Source of the DNA: an uncultured Bacilli bacterium
GTDB lineage: Bacteria > Bacillota_I > Bacilli_A > RF39 > UBA660
Assembly (NCBI GenBank): GCA_934102215.1
Contig: CAKOSH010000001.1
Coordinates: 78,777 to 142,776, forward strand
Direction: 5' to 3'
Length of the DNA stretch: 64,000 nt
The position numbers and the translations under genes were made by a program. The notes under the pieces are model-generated. The model was not told the origin of the DNA. It searched no databases and was given only the letters and a program-made list of their open reading frames with translations. Position 1 is the first letter of the stretch. Every line of letters begins with the position of its first letter. This document shows, in pieces, positions 1-9,904 of the stretch.

Positions 1-3000
1 TTTCCATTAACAATATTTGTTATTTTTGAAATTCCTTCTTTATTAAATTTATTTAATCCATCATTAAGTGAAGTAGCTCCTTCTAATAATAATTTACTTG
101 ATGTATTAAATTCATTTGATATAGTATTTATATATTTAACACTTGTATTTAATTCAACAACACCGACATTAAATTTATTACTACTTTCTGCTAAATAATT
201 CACTGATGGAGATAATTTATCTATTTCAGTACATAATGGTTTAGAAGCTTCTGCAAGTGCTGTCATATTATTATTTAATGTACTAACACCTTCATTAAGA
301 GAACTAATTGTAATAGATACACCACTTAATGTTTTAACATCAATACTCTTTTGTAATGAAACTATTTCTTCTTCTAATAATTTTTTAGTTTCTTCATCAG
401 TAGTATTTTCTTTTATTTGATTTAATACTTCAATATGTTTCATAATAGCAGTAACACTATCATTAATTGTAGAAGTCATTTTTTCACTTGAACTAGCAAG
501 TTCTTTAGTTTTTCCATTTAAATTATTTATACCAACTGCAAGATCTTTTATTGATGAAGTATATTTACTTAAATCTTCTACATTCTTATTTAAACTTTGA
601 ACACCAGCATTAATCTTTGAATAACTTTCCATCATATATACAGTTTTATCATTGAGTCTCTTAAGTCCATCATTAAATTCACTATATTTTTCACTATATT
701 TAGCAAGATTATCTTTTAAATCTTTACTTCCATTTACTAATTTATTAGTTGAATCACTTAATTTATTAACACTACTATATATTTTATTTAATTCACTAAG
801 TGAGTCATTATCTTCACTAAATAGATTAGATGAAGCAGCCATATAAACTGAACTAAATTTATAAGATGTAGTTTTATATTCAATAGTTATTGTATCCATT
901 CCTTTTAATTCATTTATTTTTAAACTTTCATAAAGTCCTGGAACACTATAACCAGCTATCATATAATTAATACCATTATCAATAACTTTAGCATTATCTA
1001 CTTTTAAATCACTTACATTATCTTTATCAAGCATCATGAATGATGTTACTAAGAATGGTGTATATAATGTTTCTTTTTTACCATTTACATATTCTATATT
1101 TTTAGAATTATTTTTATATTTGATAACTATTTTAACATTACCACTTTTACCATCTAATTCTTTATTACTTATTTCTTCATCATTTAAATAGTATTTTATA
1201 GTTGTTTCTATTGGTAATGTTTGATTACTTGTTCCTTTATAGAATATATCTTTACCATCTGTATTCCATACTAATTTATTATTTGTTAAATTATATTTTT
1301 CATTTCCATTAACATTAATTATATTTGTTAAATTAGTTTTATCATTGTAAGAGCCTTTATTCAAATTTGATAAATGATTACTTACTATTGTTTTAGAAAC
1401 AGATCCATCACTTTCAAGTCTTGAATAAACTGTTTCATCTTTAGTCGCTCCAAAAACTGTTAATGGTAACATTGTTGTAATTAATAATCCAGCTAAAACT
1501 TTCTTTTTCATTTTTAATTCCTTCTTTCCTTTACCTTTATATGTAGTTTTCATAATTATTCCATCAAATAACATAAGTAATGATGGTAATATTAATATAA
1601 CTACTAACATACTAATAATTGCTCCTCTAGATATTAGAGTACATATTGAACCTATTAAATCTATATCAGTATAAACACCTACTCCAAATGTTGCAGCAAA
1701 GAAACACATACCACTTACGAATACTGAACTTACGCAAGAATCTAATGTTTCCCTCATAGCTTCATTTTTATCTTTTCCATTATTTCTAAGTTCTAAATAT
1801 TTAGTTGTCATAAGAATAGCATAATCTATTGTAGCTCCAAGTTGTATTGTTCCAATTACTATTGATGCAATAAATGGAAGTGTTACTCCTGTATAATAAG
1901 ATATAGCCACATTTACAAATATTGCAAATTCTATTGCTGATATTAATAATATAGGTAATGATATTGATTTTAATACGATAAACATAATTACAAATATTAT
2001 TCCTATTGAAACATAATTAACATTTTTGAAGTCCTCATCACTAATTTTAATTAAGTCATTAGTAAGAGGCCCTTCTCCAGCAATAATTGCATTCTTATCA
2101 TATTTATGTACTAAATTATTTACTACTTCTAATTGACTAGTTAATTCAGGAGATGCCACTTCATAACTTGAATTAATAAATAACATTTGATAATTATCAT
2201 TTTCAAATATACTAGTTATTTCATCATCTAATACTTCAAGTGGAAAACCATATTTAGTAAGTTCACTTGGACTAAGTACTAAGTCAATTCCTTTTGTATT
2301 TTTTAATTCATCTACTAAAGATGATACTTCATTTATTTTTAAATCTTTATTTAGTAATACTATTTCTGGTGAAACTATATTAAATTCTTTTTTAAGTTCT
2401 TCATTTGCTTTAACACTTTCTAATGTTTTAGGAAGTGATTTATCTAAATTATAATAAACATTTACATTGTGATTACCAATATAAGCAGGTATTAATAATA
2501 TTAAGAATGCAATAAATATTGGTTTATAATGTTCTAAACTAAATTTCTTTATGTGATTAAATTTAGGTAATAATGATTTATGTTTTGTTTTATTAATATA
2601 TTTATCTAATATAAGTAACATTGCTGGGAATACTGTTACTACACATATAAGTCCAAAGATAACGCCTTTTGCCATTACAAGTCCTATATCTTTTCCAAGT
2701 GTCAAGTTCATACTACAAAGTGCTAAGAATCCAGCAACTGTTGTGAATGCACTACCAAGTACTGATACAAGTGTTTCTTCTATCGCCTTAGCCATAGCTT
2801 CATTTCTATCACTTATTTTTTCTAAATTACTTTGATATTTATGATATAAGAATATTGAGAAGTCTGTTGTAACACCAAGTTGAAGTACTGCACTTATTGC
2901 TTTTGTTATATATGATATTTCACCAAACATAATGTTAGTTCCCATATTATATATTATTGCTATACCAATATTACCAAGTAATATAAATGGTACAACATAT

Positions 3001-3585
3001 GAATCAAGTGAAACAGTTAATACAACTAAACAAAGTACTACTGCTATTACTACATATATAAGAACTTCTTTATTTGATAAATCCATTGTATCTTTAACAA
3101 TAGCGCTCATTCCACCAACATTAGCTTTATCATCCATTATTTCTCTTATCTTAGTGATTGCATTTAAAGTTTTTTCATGTGATGTTGTTTCTTCAAATGT
3201 AACCATCATAAGAGTTTTATCACCATTTTTTACTTTTTCAAGTAATTCATCTGGTAATATTTCAAGTGGTATAACTGTACCTGTAATATCATTAATAGAT
3301 ATTACTTTGTTTACTGATTCTATCTTTCTTATTTCTTTTTCACAATCTAGAATCTCTTTTGCATTACTATTATCTACAGATATTATAGTGAAAGCTCCCA
3401 TATTAAATTCATCTTTTAAAATATTTTGACCTTTCATTGTTTCAATATCTTCTGGCAGATATACTAATATATCATAATTAATTTTAGTATTCGCATACCC
3501 AATAAATGCTGGTATTAAAAGTAATAATGATATTATAAGTATTGTAATTTTGTTTTTACATATAAAATCTCCAAATTTCTTCATA
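1..3585 (-). CDS. MMPL / YhgE-Pip family membrane protein (C-terminally truncated by window edge; >1190 aa)
   Basis: Continuous minus-strand reading frame from ATG at 3585 (RBS GGAGG upstream) through to position 1 with no stop; N-terminal 6-TM MMPL-like half (MKKFGDFICKNKITILIISLLLLIPAF...), then a TM helix and a long coiled-coil/low-complexity extracellular region typical of YhgE/Pip proteins. Not in the ORF track because it has no stop inside the window. Confidence 0.55.
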
Positions 3586-3714
3586 TAGCCTCCATTATGA
3601 CCAACGGTCAGTATGTAATATACAACAAAACTGACCAATAGTCAATACTTTTGTTTAAATTTATTGACTTTTAGTCATTTTTATATTAATATTTATGTAA
3701 TGGATGGTGATATT

Positions 3715-4323
3715 ATGATTAATATTGAAAACACTCTCTCTAAAATAGAAGAAAAAAAGCAAATAAAAAAAGAGAATTTACTCTCTTCTGCTTATAATTT
3801 ATTTATTAAAAAAGGTATAAATGATACTTCAATTAGTGATATTGTAAATGAAGCTGGCGTTGCGAAAGGCACATTCTATTTATATTTTAAAGATAAATGG
3901 GAAATACATGAAGCAGTTATTATAGAAAAATCTAAAAAGTTATTTAATGACGCAATAGATAAAACTGCCAAAAAGAATTTAAAATCTTTTCCAGATAAAC
4001 TTATCAGTATCATTGACTATATAATTGATGTACTTAGTAATAACAAAGACTTAATAAAACTTATCAATAAAAACTTATCTCTTGGTCTTTATAATAAAAA
4101 TATAATTAAAATTATTGATGAAGAATATAAAGATTTAAAAGATAAATTTATTGATGAAATAACTAAATATTCTAAAAATATAAAGAATCCTAATGTTACA
4201 TTATTCATGATTATAGAACTTGTTGGCAGCACTTGTTATAATTCTATATTAAATAATGAACCACTACCTATTAATGAATTTAAGCCTTATTTATATGATG
4301 AGATTAAGAAGATGATTAACTAG
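3715..4323 (+). CDS. TetR/AcrR family transcriptional regulator
   Basis: N-terminal TetR HTH signature (SISDIVNEAGVAKGTFYLYFKDKWEI); divergent to the MMPL transporter gene; start chosen at MINIEN with GGATGGTGA RBS (ORF track begins at 3664). Confidence 0.8.
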   Translation: MINIENTLSKIEEKKQIKKENLLSSAYNLFIKKGINDTSISDIVNEAGVAKGTFYLYFKDKWEIHEAVIIEKSKKLFNDAIDKTAKKNLKSFPDKLISIIDYIIDVLSNNKDLIKLINKNLSLGLYNKNIIKIIDEEYKDLKDKFIDEITKYSKNIKNPNVTLFMIIELVGSTCYNSILNNEPLPINEFKPYLYDEIKKMIN

Positions 4324-4385
4324 TCATCTTTTTTATATTTCAAATAAAAACTACACCAATTATATCACACTGATGTAGTTATTTC

Positions 4386-5180
4386 TTATTTTAACTTATT
4401 ATAAACAAGTTCATATTCTTCATTAGATAAGTTTTCCATTAATTTATTTAATGTTTCTTTTGGTATTTCATATTCTTCTATTATTTGTTTACTTTCTTTT
4501 TTAGTTAATTTTTGATCATGCATTTTAGAGAATTCAATTAGTGCTTCCATTAAATTATTCTTAAGTTTTTTATCTCTATGAAAGAACATTTCTCTAAATA
4601 TAAATCTTTTAAAACTATATTTTAAATCTTCTTTTTTAATTGGTATTAATTTTATCATTGATGACATTACTCTAGGAGCAGGATCAAATGATTCAGGCTC
4701 TATATCCATTATTTTAGTTACATTAAAGAATGAATTAGTAAGTAATGCAAGTTTTGTTAATGACTTGTTTATAACTGCATCAGCATACTTTTTACCTACG
4801 ATTAATGTACATTCTTTAAATTCACATCTAAGTAACTTTTCAATAAAAGGTTCAGTAATTGAATATGGTAGCGCAGATATAATCTTATCACATGGAGGTA
4901 TATATACATTTAATGCATTTCCATAAATAACATCAACATTATCATGTTTATCCTTAAGTACATTAATAAAATGTTCTAAATTTCTATCTATTTCAATACA
5001 TGTTAAATGATTTACTCTTCTAGCAATCGTATCACTTATTTCACATTTACCTGGTCCAATCTCAATAACATCCTCTGTTACTTTTAAATCAGCCGCATCA
5101 ACAAAAGCATTAATAACACTTTTATCAACTAAGAAATGTTGATCTAAATAATTTATATCATTATTAAATTCCATATCCAT
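4386..5180 (-). CDS. rRNA adenine N6-dimethyltransferase family protein (KsgA/Erm-like)
   Basis: SAM-binding motif VIEIGPGKCEIS, catalytic-region motif ALPYSITEPF (cf. N(L/I)PYNIS of KsgA/Erm), size ~265 aa; start moved to internal ATG 6 nt after GGTGA. Confidence 0.7.
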   Translation of the reverse strand: MDMEFNNDINYLDQHFLVDKSVINAFVDAADLKVTEDVIEIGPGKCEISDTIARRVNHLTCIEIDRNLEHFINVLKDKHDNVDVIYGNALNVYIPPCDKIISALPYSITEPFIEKLLRCEFKECTLIVGKKYADAVINKSLTKLALLTNSFFNVTKIMDIEPESFDPAPRVMSSMIKLIPIKKEDLKYSFKRFIFREMFFHRDKKLKNNLMEALIEFSKMHDQKLTKKESKQIIEEYEIPKETLNKLMENLSNEEYELVYNKLK

Positions 5181-5264
5181 ATCATTCACCTATTTTATTA
5201 TATAATATTTTTCTTATTTTTTAATCTATTTTTATAAAGTTTACATAATTTAAAAAGTTTAAGA

Positions 5265-5747
5265 TTACTTAAACTTAATTTTTGACTTTATTATTTGATT
5301 ATATTTCTTTATATTTCTTCTTCTACTAGCATCTGTAAAGAATATAGCATACGCTACTTCCCATAAAGCAACCCATCCAAATACTGTAAACACTTCAACA
5401 AGTATTTCTCCAAATATATGATTTAAAAAATAAGCAGCTACTATAAACAACATTCCTATAGTAAAAAGTATTACTTTTTTTACATTACTTCCAGCTATTT
5501 CTAAAAGTAATTCATCTTTACTTTCTTTAAATTCTTTTATAATTATCTTTTTATATTTATCCTTTTCATCATCTGTAAGTTCAAATTTACAATCTATATT
5601 TAAATTAATTTTAGAATTTATATCATAACCAGCTATTTCATTTAATAAATATTTTTTTAAATTTGGTGATAGTGTATTATCATTATATTCACTTACAAAA
5701 TCATTTTTATTTCTTATATCAACTTCAATATTTAATTCTTTTTTCAT
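5265..5747 (-). CDS. hypothetical membrane protein (2 TM helices near C-terminus)
   Basis: ORF with strong RBS (AGGAGAAAC) before MKKELNIEV; hydrophobic segment VKKVILFTIGMLFIVAAYFLNHIFGEILVEVFTVFGWVALWEVAYAIFF. Confidence 0.4.
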   Translation of the reverse strand: MKKELNIEVDIRNKNDFVSEYNDNTLSPNLKKYLLNEIAGYDINSKINLNIDCKFELTDDEKDKYKKIIIKEFKESKDELLLEIAGSNVKKVILFTIGMLFIVAAYFLNHIFGEILVEVFTVFGWVALWEVAYAIFFTDASRRRNIKKYNQIIKSKIKFK

Positions 5748-5754
5748 GTTTCTC

Positions 5755-6405
5755 CTACTTAAATATGTTAAATGGATACCTACTAGGTAACTCAAGTTCA
5801 AAGGACATATTCTCTTTTGTTACTGGATGAATAAATTCTATTTTTTTAGCAAACAATGCTATTTGTTCTCCTACTTTAGCAGTTTTATTATATTTTTGAT
5901 CACCAAAAAGAGGATATCCATAGTTAGACATTTGTACTCTTATTTGATGACTCCTACCTGTTTCTAAATTTATTTCGACAAGTGACATATTATTTTTATA
6001 ATTTAGTTTTTTATAATAAAGTATTGCTTCTTTACCATTTTTATCTACATTAACTATATTTCTTTTTTCATCTTTTAATAAATAATCATGTAGTTTACCA
6101 CTTTCATTAATGTTACCCATCACAACTGCATTATATGTTTTTTTAAATGTCTTATTTCTTACTTGTTCAGATAGTCTACCAGCAGCTTTAGATGTTTTAG
6201 CAAACACCATTATTCCACCAACAGGTCTATCCAATCTATGTATAAGTCCTAAATATACATTTCCAGGCTTATTATATTTTTCTTTTAGATATTCTTTTAA
6301 CATTGAAAGTAAATCTTTATCTTTAGTATTATCTTCTTGAACAATTATATTTATTGGCTTTTCTACTACTAAAAGATGATTATCTTCATATACGATATTA
6401 ATCAT
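5755..6405 (-). CDS. RluA family pseudouridine synthase
   Basis: Start MINIVYEDNHLLVVEKP and catalytic motif HRLDRPVGG typical of RluA/RluC/RluD-type pseudouridine synthases; no S4 domain. Confidence 0.8.
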   Translation of the reverse strand: MINIVYEDNHLLVVEKPINIIVQEDNTKDKDLLSMLKEYLKEKYNKPGNVYLGLIHRLDRPVGGIMVFAKTSKAAGRLSEQVRNKTFKKTYNAVVMGNINESGKLHDYLLKDEKRNIVNVDKNGKEAILYYKKLNYKNNMSLVEINLETGRSHQIRVQMSNYGYPLFGDQKYNKTAKVGEQIALFAKKIEFIHPVTKENMSFELELPSRYPFNIFK

Positions 6406-6769
6406 TTACTCTTTGTGTTTTAGGAACATCTACTACTTTAAGACCATGATCAATTAATGATTGAATAGAAACTTTTCCTTCTTTTAAATCATCTATCATT
6501 TTAGATTGTGATCCATCACTCCAACTTAATATGATTTTATCACTTTTATTACAGCTTAAACAATAATCTTTTTCACCGTCATTATAGAAACATTCAACAA
6601 CTTCAGCACATATTCCATTATAATCAATAATTTGATAATCTCTTGCTATATCTTCAGGTTTAGTTGTTTCTTCACCATTTAAATTACTAAAAGCAATTAC
6701 AAATAATGCAACAAATAATAAACCTATTGTTGTGAATAAAATACTCTTTAATACTATTTTTAATTTCAT
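6398..6769 (-). CDS. hypothetical exported/membrane-anchored Cys-containing protein
   Basis: Start at MKLKIV with RBS GGAGAAAAT; N-terminal TM/signal (ILFTTIGLLFVALFVIAF); abuts upstream gene stop. Confidence 0.35.
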   Translation of the reverse strand: MKLKIVLKSILFTTIGLLFVALFVIAFSNLNGEETTKPEDIARDYQIIDYNGICAEVVECFYNDGEKDYCLSCNKSDKIILSWSDGSQSKMIDDLKEGKVSIQSLIDHGLKVVDVPKTQRVND

Positions 6770-7635
6770 ATTTTCTCCCACCTTCCATATATTCCACATG
6801 GCAATACCATGTTAGATTCAGTAATTTCAAGTCCTATTTCATCAGTACTAATTTTTCCACCTATAAGTTTGTCTTTTGTACTTGTTTCTAAAATGTTTTT
6901 TAAAATTTCTGGTGTTATTCCCTTTGTATATGAACTTATAAGTAAAAATAATGGATCATCGCTTAATATATCAATACATGAATCTATTAATTTATTTAAA
7001 CTATCTTCAAATCTCCATAATTCTTTTGATGGGCCTCTACCATATGTTGGAGGGTCCATTATAATCGCATCATATTTGTTTCCTCTACGCTTTTCTCTTT
7101 CAACAAACTTTAAGCAATCATCACAAATATATCTTATTTTATTATTTTCAAGTCCAGATAATTTAGCATTCTCTTTAGCCCACTCATTCATTCCAAGTGA
7201 AGCATCTACATGTACTACTTCTACTGCTCCTGCATAAGATGATGCCATTGTCGCACCACCAGTATAAGCAAACAAATTTAATACTTTAATTTTTCTATTA
7301 GAATTTTTTATTTTATCAATAATGAAATCCCAATTAGCTGCTTGTTCTGGAAAAAGTCCTGTATGCTTAAATCCAGTTGGACTTACTTTAAATTTTAAAT
7401 CTTTATAATCAATTGTCCAAAATTCTGGAAACTTACGTACATTTTCCCAATAACCACCACCCTTATCACTTCTATGATAAACAGCATGATAATTATTCCA
7501 TATATTACTATCTTTATGTGTCCACAATGCCCATGGGTCTGGTCTTCTAAGTATCACTTTTCCCCAGCGTTCTAATTTTTCACCATTACCAGCATCAATA
7601 CACTCATAATCTTTCCAATCATTACTTACAAGCAT
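6766..7635 (-). CDS. class I SAM-dependent methyltransferase (RlmI/YwbD-like rRNA m5C methyltransferase family, no PUA domain)
   Basis: Motifs LNLFAYTGGATMASSYAGA (SAM binding) and DPPTYGRG (catalytic DPP(F/T)), AGGAGG RBS 6 nt before ATG. Confidence 0.65.
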   Translation of the reverse strand: MLVSNDWKDYECIDAGNGEKLERWGKVILRRPDPWALWTHKDSNIWNNYHAVYHRSDKGGGYWENVRKFPEFWTIDYKDLKFKVSPTGFKHTGLFPEQAANWDFIIDKIKNSNRKIKVLNLFAYTGGATMASSYAGAVEVVHVDASLGMNEWAKENAKLSGLENNKIRYICDDCLKFVEREKRRGNKYDAIIMDPPTYGRGPSKELWRFEDSLNKLIDSCIDILSDDPLFLLISSYTKGITPEILKNILETSTKDKLIGGKISTDEIGLEITESNMVLPCGIYGRWEKI

Positions 7636-7663
7636 ATTATCCTCCTAGTCCACCTCTATTATA

Positions 7664-8759
7664 TCATAAATTTTTATTTTTATATCTACTTGCGATTAAA
7701 AAAGTTTCATTAAGTAAAGTATTATCACATTCACCACCCTCACAAATGCTAAAATGAAGATTGCTATCAACATCAAAAGGATAACTTTCAATATTAAAAC
7801 TTTTATGATGATAAATAGTTCTCAAAAATGTTCTTATAAATTTCTCAGTTAAATTAGATTGAATCAAAATATGTTTTTCTTGTTCATTATTTACATAATT
7901 TTCTTTATCTAGTCCTCTTCTTTCTAAACTAGATCCTTTATCATCTATAAGTCTTTCTTTTCCATTCCATCTTTCAATAAGTATAGATGGAACTTCTATT
8001 TTAGTAATACCCTTTTCTAAAAGTAATCCCAAAAATATATTAGAAGCAACTACAAATGATGAAGAAACATCTTTTAAATTTCCCATTCCATATATATCAT
8101 CATTATCTTTATTACTATCAAAATTTTCACCAATTTTAAATAATTTTCTATTTGTTTTCTTTTTAATGTTTTCATCACTTTCTAATTCATTTTGAAGTGC
8201 ATAAATATAACAAACATCACCATCTATTCCATATCTAATTCTTGGAAAATAATAATTTTCACCATCATTTGTAAGTACAATTTGTATACTATTAGGAGTT
8301 TCATTCATTATACTTTCTCTAATATTTTGTACACTGATTTCTCCACCCAATGTTTCACTATAACCAATAATTTCACCATTATCAAAATCATTAAATAAAT
8401 CATTATTCAAAAAAGATATTTGCTTTCTTAAAAAATTAATTGGATCATTAAAATCTTCATATGTTGCATTAGACCATAATAGTGTCATTATCATTTTATT
8501 AATATTATATTCTTTATTTTCATCAATAGATTTTTCATATTTACTTAAATCATAATAACTTCTTGCTTTATCTACATACGTAATTAATAGCAAATTAAAT
8601 ATTTCTCTATTTGTTATATTTAATACAGGAACCATACTATTATCATCATGACTCATTAAACTATTATAAAAATGTATATTAAAACTAAAGTAACAATCTA
8701 CTTTACCATTCATCGCTTCTTTTAAAATATCATTATAAAATATATCTATTATTTCCATA
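7664..8759 (-). CDS. hypothetical protein
   Basis: Long ORF with no motif I recognise; start set at MEIIDIF (8759) to avoid a 96-nt overlap with the divergent gene at 8801; the track ORF extends to 8896. Confidence 0.35.
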
Positions 8760-8800
8760 TATTTATTATATAATATATTTATAGAAAAGAGAAATAAATT

Positions 8801-9421
8801 ATGAAGAATAAAATTATTAAACCTAAAATTAATCAAACCACATATTTTATAAATGAAGATTTTGAATATAGTATAGATAACAAAGAATTTAATCAAGATA
8901 ATATTACCAATTTAAACTCTATCACACTAAACAGTTGCATATTCAATAATATAGATTTTAGTAATATGGATTTTAACAATATTGAATTACTCGACTGTAT
9001 ATTTAATAATTGCGATTTATCCAATAAATCTTTTGATAAAAACGGTATTATTAGATGTGAATTTAATAATTGTAAACTATTAGGTATTTCATTTGATAAT
9101 GCTTCTTTAAAAAATGTTATATTCAATAATTGTATTTTTAGATATTGTAATTTTTATGAATCAAAATTAGAAAATATATTATTTAATGAATCAAATCTAG
9201 ACGAAGGATATTTTCAAGAATTAAACATCAAAAATATTATATTAGATAAATGTTCTCTAAAGAAATTCTCATTTTTAAATACAAAACATGAAATAATTGA
9301 TTTATCTAATTGTATAATTGATGATATTAATTTTGATTTAATATCACTTAAAAATATTAAAGTTGATACATTTAAAGCAGCAATATTATCAAGATATTTA
9401 GGCATTATTGTTAGCGATTAA
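8801..9421 (+). CDS. pentapeptide-repeat protein (Qnr/MfpA-like, 206 aa)
   Basis: Tandem A(D/N)LXX-type pentapeptide repeats throughout (NNCDLSNKSFDKNGIIRCEFNNCKLLGISFDNASLKNVIFNNCIFRYCNF...); size matches the Qnr family (~214 aa). Confidence 0.75.
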   Translation: MKNKIIKPKINQTTYFINEDFEYSIDNKEFNQDNITNLNSITLNSCIFNNIDFSNMDFNNIELLDCIFNNCDLSNKSFDKNGIIRCEFNNCKLLGISFDNASLKNVIFNNCIFRYCNFYESKLENILFNESNLDEGYFQELNIKNIILDKCSLKKFSFLNTKHEIIDLSNCIIDDINFDLISLKNIKVDTFKAAILSRYLGIIVSD

Positions 9422-9431
9422 GATATTTAAA

Positions 9432-9457
9432 AAGACAATTTTATTATTAATTGTCTT
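9432..9457. terminator. bidirectional stem-loop between convergent genes
   Basis: Perfect 9-bp inverted repeat AAGACAATT-(8 nt)-AATTGTCTT between the stop of 8801..9421(+) and the stop of 9456..9701(-); weak U tracts on both strands. Confidence 0.4.
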
Positions 9458-9701
9458 ATTTCTCTTTGACTGATTTTATATCTTGTAATTCAAATCTATA
9501 TTTTTGTGTAACTTCTGGATATTTAACATGATCCACTTTTGAAGTAAACATATCATATGGTCTTATATACAAATCATTATTTCCATATAAGGCTCTATAT
9601 ACTACATATTTTTCTCCTGTTTCACTATGTATTGCTATATCTTCTACAAAATATAAATCTCCTTTAAAATGTTTATACACTCTTTTTATTTTTACTTCCA
9701 C
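9456..9701 (-). CDS. DUF1653 family protein
   Basis: [44 protein letters not shown] matches the conserved DUF1653 pattern (…HYKGG.Y.V…[13 protein letters not shown]…L.VRP…MF). Confidence 0.6.
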   Translation of the reverse strand: MEVKIKRVYKHFKGDLYFVEDIAIHSETGEKYVVYRALYGNNDLYIRPYDMFTSKVDHVKYPEVTQKYRFELQDIKSVKEK

Positions 9702-9714
9702 AATTTTTCCTTTC

Positions 9715-9855
9715 TCTTAATTTTCACTACAATAATATCCTTTTAATATTGAATATTCTTTATTTTCTAAATATTTAATATCATCTTCAACAGGTAATGC
9801 TTCTTTCTCACGCATTTTCATCTCTTTTTCACTAGGCATATATTTGGGACGTTTC
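9715..9855 (-). CDS. small ORF (46 aa) between the HNH gene and the DUF1653 gene
   Basis: [46 protein letters not shown]; below the 60-aa ORF-track cutoff; same strand, 14 nt from the DUF1653 start; coding status uncertain. Confidence 0.2.
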
Positions 9856-9904
9856 ATCATACATATCATTCTTTACTTATTAATTCATTTAATCGTAATA
9901 TACT

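Noticed and set aside
2932-3429. 165-aa plus-strand ORF
   Set aside because: Lies entirely antisense to the continuous MMPL/YhgE-Pip reading frame. Low-complexity Ile/Ser-rich translation typical of a spurious AT-rich antisense ORF.
6809-7237. 142-aa plus-strand ORF
   Set aside because: Antisense within the well-supported methyltransferase gene 6766..7635.
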